From NCBI GenBank assembly GCA_963781585.1, contig CAWAGQ010000002.1, forward strand, positions 64,001 to 128,000: a stretch of 64,000 bases of DNA, given 5' to 3'. Positions within the stretch are counted from its first letter, which is position 1, and each line of letters starts with the position of its first letter. Origin of the DNA: an uncultured Gemmatimonadaceae bacterium. GTDB taxonomy: Bacteria > Gemmatimonadota > Gemmatimonadetes > Gemmatimonadales > Gemmatimonadaceae. The position numbers and the translations under genes were made by a program. Shown piece by piece: positions 11,065 to 19,825 of the stretch. The notes below the pieces were generated by a model. That model did no database searches, had not been told where the DNA came from, and saw nothing but the letters and a program-made list of their open reading frames with translations.

Positions 11065-11594
11065 AGCGCCGGAAATCGAAGACCACGCCAGCCGTCCACC
11101 AGGGCGATCGACGATCCGGCCGCGTACTGATGTCGAGGCGCGCCTGGTTCGGCGCCGCCGCAGGCGGAGCGGCCGTGCTGCTGGCCGGAAGGCGGTTCTG
11201 GCCGGCGACTGCAACAGCGCGCCGCGCAGGCCAGGTCACCGTGTACCGGAGCCCGCTGTGCAGCTGCTGCGGCAACTGGATCGGCGACATGCGCAAGGCG
11301 GGATTCAACGTCGATGAGGTGAGCATGGACGACGTGACGCCAATCAAGCGCACGCGCGGCGTGCCGGAGCGTCTGTACGCCTGTCACACGGCCGAGGCGG
11401 AAGGATTCGTGTTCGAGGGGCACGTGCCGCCCGATCTGGTGTCGCGGATGTTGCGTGAGCGTCCCGCGTTCCTCGGACTCGCTGTGCCGGGGATGCCGCA
11501 GAGCGCTCCGGGAATGGATATCGGTCACCAGCCGTACGACGTGATCTCGTTCACCCGGGGTGGCCAGACGGCCGTCTTTGCGAGGAGGTCGTGA
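11061..11594 (+). CDS. copG: DUF411/CopG-family periplasmic copper protein
   Basis: VYRSPLCSCCGNW, CHTA..EGHVP and GLAVPGMP motifs; AGGAGG SD; twin-arginine-like SRRAWF signal. Confidence 0.85.
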   Translation: MKRRKSKTTPAVHQGDRRSGRVLMSRRAWFGAAAGGAAVLLAGRRFWPATATARRAGQVTVYRSPLCSCCGNWIGDMRKAGFNVDEVSMDDVTPIKRTRGVPERLYACHTAEAEGFVFEGHVPPDLVSRMLRERPAFLGLAVPGMPQSAPGMDIGHQPYDVISFTRGGQTAVFARRS

Positions 11595-11716
11595 ACGATG
11601 CCGCCCACCGCCCTCGCCAGATACGAGGCGACGAGTGAGCCGGACCGTCCGCCTTGGTGGCGACGTACGCTCCCGCTACGGTGGCGATGATGGGTCCGGG
11701 CTGGCACGGGCCCGCG

Positions 11717-12211
11717 TCACGCGCCGTCTGAATCGGTCGCTCGCACGGATTCCGTGACGTCGCCTCGCTCTCCGTTCAACTCCAGGCTCCACTCGATCGG
11801 AATCGCCGGATCGAGCGAGTCGCGCACCGAGCAGTACTTGTTCACCGCCAGCTCGATCGCGCGCTCGGCGTGCTCTCGCTCGATCGCCTCGCCGGTCACC
11901 TGGAAGTCGAGACGTACACCAGTCACCCGTGCCGGGATGGCGCCGGCGCGGTCGGCATGCACATCGATGTCGAGCGACGCCGCCGGCGTCCGGCGTTTCT
12001 CGAGAATGGAAACCACGTCAATTGCGGAACAGGTCGCCAGCGCGCAGAGCAGCGTCTCGACGGGGCCGGGACCCGACTTCCCGGACCCATCGATACGAAT
12101 CCATGGACGCTCCGGGTGCCCCGCCTCGAACACCTCGTCACCGATCCAGCGCGCATGAACGTGATTGACGCGCTTCTTCCCGGTGGCGATGTACTCTCGT
12201 GTGACGCTCAT
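11717..12211 (-). CDS. OsmC/YhfA-family protein
   Basis: GPGPVETLLCALATCSAIDVVSILEK and KYCSV motifs. Confidence 0.88.
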   Translation of the reverse strand: MSVTREYIATGKKRVNHVHARWIGDEVFEAGHPERPWIRIDGSGKSGPGPVETLLCALATCSAIDVVSILEKRRTPAASLDIDVHADRAGAIPARVTGVRLDFQVTGEAIEREHAERAIELAVNKYCSVRDSLDPAIPIEWSLELNGERGDVTESVRATDSDGA

Positions 12212-12246
12212 GGGCGATGGGATTCGGTGAGGGGAAGGGAATCAAC

Positions 12247-12295
12247 CAGCTATCAGCAAGCAGCTATCAGCAAACAGCTACCAGCTCTCAGCAAA
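12247..12295. repeat. Degenerate heptamer tandem array (CAGCWNN x7)
   Basis: cagctat cagcaag cagctat cagcaaa cagctac cagctct cagcaaa; more degenerate copies at ~12342-12375. Confidence 0.8.
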
Positions 12296-12421
12296 CGCGT
12301 CAGGCCATCTCCATCGTGAAAGCCGGTCAGGGACACGGTCACCGCTACCAGCTCTCAGCGGGCAGCGACGAGCAATCAACTGGACTCCGCGCCCCGGCCT
12401 CCGGTCCCCCGGACTCCCCCG

Positions 12422-13324
12422 CTACGGCTTCTCCCCCTTCCGGATGGGAGAGCGCACCGCATTCCCCCACTCGGTCCAGCTCCCGTCGTAGTTCCGCACC
12501 TGCCCGTAGCCGAGGAGATACGTCAGCACGAACCAGGTATGCGACGACCGCTCACCGATGCGGCAGTACGCCACGACGTCATCGTCAGGTCGCAGCCCCT
12601 GCTCCTGTTCGTAGATCGCACGCAGCTCGTCGGCGGTCTTGAACGTTCCGTCCTGGTTCACGGCACGCCCCCACGGAATGCTCTTCGCGCCAGGAATATG
12701 TCCGCCGCGCAGCGTTCCCTCCTGCGGATAGTCAGGCATGTGCGTCCGCTCACCCGAATACTCCTGCGGCGACCGCACGTCCACCAGCGGCCGCTTCGCA
12801 TCCGCGTGCTCACGCACCTGAGCGAAGAAGGCACGTATGCGCGCGTCGGATCGCTCCGGAGCCACATACCGTGTCGGGGCGAACGTGGGGACCTCGGTCG
12901 ACATCGGCCGCTGCTCCAGCTCCCACTTGGTGCGGCCGCCATCGAGCACCTTGGCGTTTGCGAACCCGAACAACTGGAAGACCCAGAAGGCGTAACAAGC
13001 CCACCAGTTGTTCTTGTCGCCGTAGAACACCACCAGCGTGGAGGCGTCGATCCCTTTTCGTCGCAGCAGGTCCTGGAACGTCGCGCGGTCCACGTAGTCG
13101 CGGATGACCGGATCATTCAGGTCCTGGTGCCAATCGACCTTCTGCGCATTCGGGATGTGTCCCATGTCGTAGAGCAGAACGTCTTCGTCACTCTCGATCA
13201 CGCGTACGTTGCTGTCGTTCAGGTGGGCCGCGAGCCAGTCGGTGGTGACGAGGTATTCGGGATGGGCATAGCCCTTGTCGAGAATGGCAGGGCTGGTGAT
13301 CGGCGTCGTGGATGCAGCAGTCAT
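12422..13324 (-). CDS. sseA: Tandem-domain rhodanese / thiosulfate sulfurtransferase (SseA/CysA-like)
   Basis: GHIPNA, GHIPGA, active-site YCRIGERS, C-terminal [17 protein letters not shown] before ATG at 13324. Confidence 0.92.
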   Translation of the reverse strand: MTAASTTPITSPAILDKGYAHPEYLVTTDWLAAHLNDSNVRVIESDEDVLLYDMGHIPNAQKVDWHQDLNDPVIRDYVDRATFQDLLRRKGIDASTLVVFYGDKNNWWACYAFWVFQLFGFANAKVLDGGRTKWELEQRPMSTEVPTFAPTRYVAPERSDARIRAFFAQVREHADAKRPLVDVRSPQEYSGERTHMPDYPQEGTLRGGHIPGAKSIPWGRAVNQDGTFKTADELRAIYEQEQGLRPDDDVVAYCRIGERSSHTWFVLTYLLGYGQVRNYDGSWTEWGNAVRSPIRKGEKP

Positions 13325-13345
13325 GTGGTCTCCTTGAAACAAGCG

Positions 13346-13372
13346 AATATCCGATAACATTAATCGGGTATT
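13346..13372. promoter_or_regulatory. AT-rich palindromic operator, Rrf2 (IscR/CymR)-like
   Basis: AATATCCGAT-N7-ATCGGGTATT (9/10 arm match), 22-48 bp upstream of the rhodanese start. Confidence 0.55.
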
Positions 13373-13665
13373 TCCGGCGTCGGGAGAGAGGAGCGAACCG
13401 GACAGTAGGCGCAGTGTGCGGCATGGCGTCGCTCGCGTCGAAGTGAGACGACGGCGAGAGCGCAGGCGGCGCGGCATTGCGGCTTCGGTTGTGTTGTTGC
13501 GGCCGATACATCGCCTGCGCGATGCGATCGAGAGCCCATCCATCGCGCCCGCCGTGCTCAACGCGGAAGCGCACGTCGTGCGCGCCGAGACGCCGAAGAA
13601 GACGCTCCTGGTGCCGCTCGCACTGGAATTAGTGCGGTGGGGCGTGCGATGATGCGTGGTGGTAT

Positions 13666-13714
13666 GGCCTATAGCCTATGACCTCTGGCCTATGACCTCT
13701 GGCCTATGACCTCC
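13666..13714. repeat. Heptamer array (GGCCTAT/GACCTCT)
   Basis: ggcctat agcctat gacctct ggcctat gacctct ggcctat gacctcc, running into the ferredoxin start codon. Confidence 0.8.
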
Positions 13715-14098
13715 TTCCCACCTCCTACGCTCGACGATCGCCGCCCCTTCATGGAGCCCTACGCGCACCACGTGCTGGTGTGCACGGGCCAATTCTGCTC
13801 GCCCAACCGGGAGGGGCGCGTGCTGTACGCGCACCTCGCGGCACTGCTCGAGCGCGAAGACCTCCTCTTCGGCCCGCGCCGCGTCAAACGCGGCGAGACC
13901 CCGTGCCTCGGCGTCTGCGCCGGAGGCCCGATCGTGGTCGTCTACCCGGAAGGCGTCTGGTACGCCGCCGTCACGCCGTCGCTGCTGGAGCGGATCGTGA
14001 TGGAGCATCTGAAGGGAGGGCGGGTCGTCGAGGAGGCGGTGTTCCATCGCCTCCACCAGGACCCGGCAGTCTCTCCACCGCCAAGCCGCTCGCGATAG
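13706..14098 (+). CDS. Thioredoxin-like [2Fe-2S] ferredoxin
   Basis: HVLVCTGQFC...PCLGVCAGGPIVVVYPEGVWY (four Cys); start may be 13751. Confidence 0.88.
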   Translation: MTSFPPPTLDDRRPFMEPYAHHVLVCTGQFCSPNREGRVLYAHLAALLEREDLLFGPRRVKRGETPCLGVCAGGPIVVVYPEGVWYAAVTPSLLERIVMEHLKGGRVVEEAVFHRLHQDPAVSPPPSRSR

Positions 14099-14117
14099 CT
14101 GTTAAGTTTGGGCGGCC

Positions 14118-14840
14118 ATGCAACTCACGCTGCGCGAGGCGGCAAAATACCTGGACGTGAGCGAGAGCTCGCTCCGCCGATGGATCACTGAACGGGATCT
14201 TCCCGTTCACACGATGAATGAGCGGCTCTACCTGAATGCCGTGGAGCTGTGGGAATGGGCTGTGGAACACGGCGTCCATGTGTCTCGCCGCCTCATGGAG
14301 CACGCACGGCGCGCTCCCGATCCGGTGCCACCCATCTCGGAATTGCTGCGCGCCGGCGGCGTGTTTCACGACGTGGAAGCCCCTGACAAGCCGGCGCTCC
14401 TCCGGGAGATCGTCGCCCGCCTGGCCCTTCCACCGGAGCAGAACCGCGACGCGCTGCTGAGTGTCCTCGAAGCACGCGAAGCGATGGGCTCCACCGGCAT
14501 CGGCGATGGGATCGCGATTCCGCACGTGCGGAATCCGATCGTTCTTCACGTAGAGCGGCCGTTCGTCGCGCTGTGTCTTCTGCGTCACGCGGTGGAGTTC
14601 GACGCGATCGACGGCCAGCCGGTACATGCGCTCTTCATCGTGGTCAGTCCCACCGTTCCCATGCACCTGCGCATCCTTGGTCAGCTTGGCTTCCTGCTGC
14701 GTGACCAGATGCTGCGACACATGCTCCGCGATCGCCTGACGGCGGACGAGATTCTCGGACGCATCGAGATGGTCGAGGCTACGCACACCACGGGATCGTT
14801 CTCGCTGGGCGCCTCCCCCGGCGCTCGGACCAGCACGTAA
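14118..14840 (+). CDS. HTH (excisionase/MerR-like) - PTS EIIA (PtsN-like) fusion regulator
   Basis: N-terminal LTLREAAKYLDVSESSLRRWI; EIIA motif REAMGSTGIGDGIAIPH with the phospho-His; TAATG coupling to the next gene. Confidence 0.88.
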   Translation: MQLTLREAAKYLDVSESSLRRWITERDLPVHTMNERLYLNAVELWEWAVEHGVHVSRRLMEHARRAPDPVPPISELLRAGGVFHDVEAPDKPALLREIVARLALPPEQNRDALLSVLEAREAMGSTGIGDGIAIPHVRNPIVLHVERPFVALCLLRHAVEFDAIDGQPVHALFIVVSPTVPMHLRILGQLGFLLRDQMLRHMLRDRLTADEILGRIEMVEATHTTGSFSLGASPGARTST

Positions 14841-16810
14841 TGGCGCTGTTCTTCGCCGGACTGGGCCTGATCATCGCCGGCGCCATCGTCGCCACGATCC
14901 TCCGGGAATGGGATGGAGCAGACGCGCTCTTTCAGGTGCTGGTCATCACCGGGTGCGTCCTGTCGGGCGCCCAAGCCGTGTCGGTGCTGGTGCAGGGCAC
15001 CCATCCCCAGTTCGTGCTGCACGCGTCTGTGCCCGGGGGCGACTGGGTATTCGGCATCGATGCGCTCTCGGCGGTGTTCCTCCTGGTCGTCCTTGTCGTG
15101 GGCGCCATCACGCTGCGCTTCGGCGTCGTGTATCTCGCGGCGTACCGCGGGCAGCGCCCGATCTGGTTTTCGCACGCGACGTACGCCGTTCTCCTTGTCG
15201 CCCTCGCTCTGGTCGTCGTCGCGCGCGCCGTCGTGCCGTTCCTCTCGGCATGGGAGATCATGGCGGTCGGTTCGTACTTCCTCATCGTCTTCGAGGATGA
15301 GAAACCCGAGGTGCGGCGTGCCGGTCTGGTGTACCTCGTTGCCACGCATGCCGGGACCCTGGCGCTCTTGGCGATGTTTGCGACCTGGGCGATGGGAGCC
15401 CACGCCGCGGACTGGTCGTTCTCGTCGCTCGCGGTCGTCGCGCCTCGGCTGGCGGGCGGCGGGTTCGTGCTGACGCTGGCCGCTGTCGGGTTCGGCGTGA
15501 AGGCCGGCCTCGTCCCACTGCATTTCTGGCTTCCGCCCGCCCACGCCGCCGCGCCCACACACGTGTCCGCAATCCTTTCCGGGGTTGTGATCAAGGCCGG
15601 GATCTATGGTCTGCTGCGGGTGCTCGCGATGCTGGGTGGCGCACCCGCCTGGTGGGGATGGGGCTTGCTGCTGGTGGGCGCCGCCTCTGGTGTGCTGGGT
15701 GTGCTGTGGGCCCTGGCGCAGCACGACCTCAAACGCCTGCTGGCGTACCACAGCGTCGAGAACATCGGCATCATCCTGATGGGAACCGCCGTCGGTGCGT
15801 TAGGCACGCACTACGGGCACCCGGTCGTGGCGACCATCGGCTACGCCGGCGCCGTGCTGCACACCATCAACCATGCGCTCTTCAAGAGCGTCCTCTTCCT
15901 GGCAGGGGGCTCGGTGTATCGGGCGACCGCGACCAGGGAACTGGAGCAGCTCGGCGGACTCGCGCGGGCGCTGCCGTACACCACGATCGCCTTTGTCATC
16001 GGTGCGGTGGCCATCATCGGATTGCCGCCCCTCAACGGTTTCGTGAGCGAATGGCTCGTGTACCAGGCCCTGTTGCGCGCGTCCCAGTCGGCCGAGGTGC
16101 TTCGTCTCGCCGTACTCGGCGTGCCGGCCCTGGCCTTGATCGGCGCGCTGGCCCTCGCGTGTTTCGCCAAGGTCATCGGGGTGGTCTTTCTGGGTACACC
16201 CCGAAGCGCACACGCGCGAGACGTGAGCGAGGTGCCGCTCCGCCCGCTCGTCGCTCCCATGTACGTGCTCGCCGGCCTTTGCGTCGTGCTCGGTGTAGCC
16301 GCGCCTCTCGGAGTGGCACCTTCACTGCGCGCCGGAGCGATCGCCGCGCACGCGTCGGCCGTGGATCTGGGAGACGCCCGTGCGCTGCTCGTGGATGCGC
16401 GCGTGATCGGCACGCTGGCCGTCGCGATGCTCGCACTCATTCTTGTGGTCTGGGTCGGCCGTGGGCTATTGCAGGCGCGCGCACCGCGGCGGACCGGCGT
16501 GACATGGAGCTGCGGATACACTCGTGTCTCCCCGCGCATGCAGTACACCGCCTCGTCGTTCGCGGCGCCTCTGCTCACCGCGTTCGGACGCCTGAGCGGA
16601 GTGCAGACCTCGCGATCACCCACCTCGTTCGCGACGCATCCGTACGATCTGGTGCTCGATCGCCTGGCCGCGCCCGTCTGGGCACGTGTCCGTCGAGCGG
16701 CCCTGCGCCTGCGCCCTCTGCAGCAGGGGCGGCTGTACGCGTACCTCATCTACGTCATGACGGCTCTGCTCGCGCTCCTCGGTTACCTCGCCCTCGCATC
16801 GCGCCCATGA
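14840..16810 (+). CDS. hyfB: Antiporter-like membrane subunit, HyfB/EhrA type
   Basis: AWEIM, KAGLVPLHFWLPPAHAAAP, DLKRLLAYHSVENIG, NHALFKS, LPPLNGFVSEW and MQYTASSF motifs. Confidence 0.9.
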   Translation: MALFFAGLGLIIAGAIVATILREWDGADALFQVLVITGCVLSGAQAVSVLVQGTHPQFVLHASVPGGDWVFGIDALSAVFLLVVLVVGAITLRFGVVYLAAYRGQRPIWFSHATYAVLLVALALVVVARAVVPFLSAWEIMAVGSYFLIVFEDEKPEVRRAGLVYLVATHAGTLALLAMFATWAMGAHAADWSFSSLAVVAPRLAGGGFVLTLAAVGFGVKAGLVPLHFWLPPAHAAAPTHVSAILSGVVIKAGIYGLLRVLAMLGGAPAWWGWGLLLVGAASGVLGVLWALAQHDLKRLLAYHSVENIGIILMGTAVGALGTHYGHPVVATIGYAGAVLHTINHALFKSVLFLAGGSVYRATATRELEQLGGLARALPYTTIAFVIGAVAIIGLPPLNGFVSEWLVYQALLRASQSAEVLRLAVLGVPALALIGALALACFAKVIGVVFLGTPRSAHARDVSEVPLRPLVAPMYVLAGLCVVLGVAAPLGVAPSLRAGAIAAHASAVDLGDARALLVDARVIGTLAVAMLALILVVWVGRGLLQARAPRRTGVTWSCGYTRVSPRMQYTASSFAAPLLTAFGRLSGVQTSRSPTSFATHPYDLVLDRLAAPVWARVRRAALRLRPLQQGRLYAYLIYVMTALLALLGYLALASRP

Positions 16811-17745
16811 ATGCGGACCTGGCAACGCGGCCGGCGCTCGTGTCGGCGTTGGTGGCGTGGGTTGTCCTGCTCCTCACTGCGCCCCTCATCCCCGGCGTGG
16901 CGACGAGGACGAACGCGCTGCTCACCGGCCGTCGTGGCGCACCCGTGTGGCAACTGTACGCGGATCTGTGGAAGCTGCTGCGACGCGGCACGGTCTATAG
17001 CGCCACGGCCACGATGATCTTCCGACTCGTGCCGGTGGTACTCGCGGTGACCACGGTGCTCGCCGCCGCGCTCGTCCCGCTCGATGGCCGGCGGTCGCTC
17101 ATCGGTTTCTCGGGAGACGCGGTCGCCTTTGTGTACCTGCTGGCGCTGGGGCGCCTGCTCCTGGTCCTGGGGGCGTTCGACACGGGGTCCAGCTTCGGAG
17201 GCATGGGTGCGAGTCGGGAAGTGACGCTCGCGAGTCTGGTCGAGCCGGGACTCTTCATCTCGCTGGCGGCCCTGGTGGTGACGACGCATCGTCTGTCGTT
17301 GACCGGCATGCTCGGCGCTCAGCTCTGGAGCCAGCCGCGGCTCGTTGCGCCAACCGTCCTGCTGCTCGCCGGCAGCATTTTCGTGCTGATGCTCTCGGAA
17401 TGCGCGCGTGTGCCCGTGGACGACCCCGCGACCCACCTCGAGCTGACCATGATCCATGAAGTCATGGTGCTCGATCACAGCGGCCCCGATCTGGCGCTGA
17501 TCCTGTACTCCGGCGCCCTCAAGCTCGGCGTGTTCGCCGCGTTGCTGGTGGACCTCGTCGTACGACGGACGACCGTCCCGTCGTGGCTCGCATCGCTCGA
17601 ACTTCTGGGCGGACTGCTGATGGCGGGTATCGCCATTGGCGTCGTGGAAGGGTCCACGGCCCGTCTCCGCCTGCCGAAAGTCCCGCTGTACATCGCCGGC
17701 GGCGCGGCGCTGGCGTTCTTCGGCTTGATCCTGGTCCTCCAGTAG
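16807..17745 (+). CDS. hyfC: NuoH/HyfC-type membrane subunit
   Basis: GRRGAPVWQLYADLWKLL, GASRE, RVPVDDPATHLELTMIHE; ATGA overlap with hyfB. Confidence 0.9.
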   Translation: MNADLATRPALVSALVAWVVLLLTAPLIPGVATRTNALLTGRRGAPVWQLYADLWKLLRRGTVYSATATMIFRLVPVVLAVTTVLAAALVPLDGRRSLIGFSGDAVAFVYLLALGRLLLVLGAFDTGSSFGGMGASREVTLASLVEPGLFISLAALVVTTHRLSLTGMLGAQLWSQPRLVAPTVLLLAGSIFVLMLSECARVPVDDPATHLELTMIHEVMVLDHSGPDLALILYSGALKLGVFAALLVDLVVRRTTVPSWLASLELLGGLLMAGIAIGVVEGSTARLRLPKVPLYIAGGAALAFFGLILVLQ

Positions 17746-17756
17746 CCGCCGGTTCC

Positions 17757-18395
17757 ATGGACTCGCTCACGCAGCTCATCCTCTTCCTGGTAGTGCTCAC
17801 GGATTTCGCGGCGCTTGGCATGTCGCGGCTCACGGCCTGCATCCGCGCGGTGGCGTTCCAGGGCCTGTTGCTGGGCGTGTTGCCACTCGCGCTGCACGCG
17901 TCGTATTCGCTGCACACCATCGCACTCGGCGCCGGGACCGTAGTCATCAAGGCGGTCGTGCTCCCCGCGTCGCTGCGCTACGCGATCCGCGAAGCAGCCG
18001 TGCGCCGTGAGGTCGAACCGCTCATCGGCTACTCCGGCTCGGTGCTGCTCGGACTCGGCGCCCTCGCGGTGGCGTTCGTCGTCTCGGGGATGCTCCCGGT
18101 GCGCGCCGCGGAATCGCCGCTGCTCATTCCGGTCGCGCTGTTCACGCTGATGACGGGCCTGGTGATTCTCATTACCCGCATCAAGGCGCTGATGCAGGTC
18201 GTTGGCTATCTGATGCTGGAGAACGGCATCTACCTGTTCGGACTCACCCAGGCGCAGCGCGTCCCGTTCCTCGTGGAGATCGGCGTTCTGCTCGACGTCT
18301 TCGTGGCCGTGTTCATCATGGGCATCGTGGTCTTTCACATCAACCGCGAATTCGATTCCATCTCGGCCGCGCGGTTGACGGATCTTCGCGAGTGA
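17757..18395 (+). CDS. hyfE: HyfE-type membrane subunit
   Basis: QVVGYLMLENGIY and EIGVLLDV motifs; position in the operon. Confidence 0.88.
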   Translation: MDSLTQLILFLVVLTDFAALGMSRLTACIRAVAFQGLLLGVLPLALHASYSLHTIALGAGTVVIKAVVLPASLRYAIREAAVRREVEPLIGYSGSVLLGLGALAVAFVVSGMLPVRAAESPLLIPVALFTLMTGLVILITRIKALMQVVGYLMLENGIYLFGLTQAQRVPFLVEIGVLLDVFVAVFIMGIVVFHINREFDSISAARLTDLRE

Positions 18396-19825
18396 TCCTC
18401 GTCCTTCTCATCCTGCTCCCAGCCGCGGCGGCGGTCGCGGCGTACCGGATTCGCAGCCTCGCGCGCAGCGCGATCCTGTTGTTCAGCGTCAGCGGCCTCC
18501 ATGCGCTCCTGACCGGGGCACTCTGGTTTCGCACCGAGGACAGCGCGCTGAACGGCTGGCTCGCTGCCGATCCCCTGGGCCGGATCGTGATTACCGTGGT
18601 GAGCCTGCTCTTCCTGGCTGTCGCGCACTACTCGATCGGGTTCCTGCGCCGCGCCGTCGCCCCGGGTGGGCGCGCGTTCGCGAGTTGCATGCTCACCTTC
18701 CTGGCGGCGTGCTCACTGGTCGCGCTGAGCCATCACCTGGCCCTTCTCTGGATCGGACTCGAAGCGACCACCCTGGCAGTAGCGCCGCTGATCTTCGACC
18801 GGCACGACCGCCGCTCGCTGGAGGCCGTATGGAAGTACCTCGTACTCTCGTCGGTGGGCATCGCGTTTGCCCTGCTCGGTGTGTTCCTGATGGCCACCGC
18901 GCAGTCCTCCGGCGCGGCCGCAGGACGCCCACTCATTCTCGATGACATGATTGCCCATGCCAGCCTGCTCGACGCCGCGTGGCTGCGCATGGCCTTCGTT
19001 TTCATCGCGATCGGTTTCGGGACCAAGATGGGTCTTGCCCCCATGCACGCGTGGAAGCCCGACACGTACGGCGAGGCGCCGAGCCTGGTGGGCGGCCTGA
19101 TGGCCGGCGCGCTCACGACATGCGCGTTCCTCGGCCTTGCTCGGGCGTGCGCCATCTGCTTCGCCGCCGGGCTCGGCCCCTTCGTACGCCCGGTGCTGAT
19201 CGTGTTCGGGCTGGTTTCGCTGCTCATCGCCGCGGCGTTCATTGTCGGACAGGGTGATGCCAAGCGCCTGCTCGCCTATTCGAGCGTGGAGCACATGGGA
19301 CTCCTCGTGCTCGGACTCGGACTGGGCGGCGTGGGCACCTATGGCGCATTGCTTCATTCGGTCAACAACGGCCTCGTGAAGGGCCTGGCCTTTCTGGCCG
19401 TCGGCAATGTGGTGCTCGTCACCGGCACGTCCAGCGCGAGCGACGTTCGCGGACTCCTGCGAACGTTGCCCGCCACCGGCGCCCTGCTCGTGGTGGCGCT
19501 GTTCGCGCTCACCGGCTCGCCTCCGTTCGGTCTGTTCCTGAGCGAGTTCACGATTCTCGGTGCCGCCTTCGGCGGTCCGCATCCATGGATCGGAATGGTG
19601 ACGATCGCGCTTCTGGCCATCAGCTTCGTCGGAATCGGGGGGATGATGCTCGGGATGGTCCTTGGGCAGCCCGACGCCGCGCCGCGCCGCGCGAATGACC
19701 GGGGCCTGTGGCTTGCACCCCTGGTGCTGGGTGGTCTGGTGCTCATGCTCGGCGTGTACGTTCCGCCGCCGCTGGCGCATGCCCTTTCGCGGGCCGCTAC
19801 AGCGTTAGGCGGCCTGGCACCGTGA
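18392..19825 (+). CDS. hyfF: Antiporter-like subunit, HyfF type
   Basis: EATTL, SLEAVWKY, GTKMGLAPMHAWKPDTYGEAP, KRLLAYSSVEHMG and PPFGLFLSE motifs. Confidence 0.9.
   Translation: MILVLLILLPAAAAVAAYRIRSLARSAILLFSVSGLHALLTGALWFRTEDSALNGWLAADPLGRIVITVVSLLFLAVAHYSIGFLRRAVAPGGRAFASCMLTFLAACSLVALSHHLALLWIGLEATTLAVAPLIFDRHDRRSLEAVWKYLVLSSVGIAFALLGVFLMATAQSSGAAAGRPLILDDMIAHASLLDAAWLRMAFVFIAIGFGTKMGLAPMHAWKPDTYGEAPSLVGGLMAGALTTCAFLGLARACAICFAAGLGPFVRPVLIVFGLVSLLIAAAFIVGQGDAKRLLAYSSVEHMGLLVLGLGLGGVGTYGALLHSVNNGLVKGLAFLAVGNVVLVTGTSSASDVRGLLRTLPATGALLVVALFALTGSPPFGLFLSEFTILGAAFGGPHPWIGMVTIALLAISFVGIGGMMLGMVLGQPDAAPRRANDRGLWLAPLVLGGLVLMLGVYVPPPLAHALSRAATALGGLAP

Noticed and set aside
9942..11594. CusA-DUF411 fusion (550-aa ORF)
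   Set aside because: Artefact of the frameshift at ~10344; DUF411 has its own AGGAGG SD and ATG at 11061.
13416..13652. 78-aa ORF between the rhodanese and ferredoxin genes
   Set aside because: No SD, an Arg-rich low-complexity start and no recognisable motif; cannot be supported.
14118..14300. Prophage excisionase / integrative element
   Set aside because: The HTH is fused to PTS EIIA, and no integrase, att sites or phage genes are nearby.
15652..16806. N-terminal extension of hyfC (697-aa ORF) and similar extensions on sdhA, PBP1A, rhlE and the rhodanese
   Set aside because: These are Arg/Gly-rich off-frame or low-information read-ins typical of high-GC DNA; coupled or SD-supported starts lie downstream.
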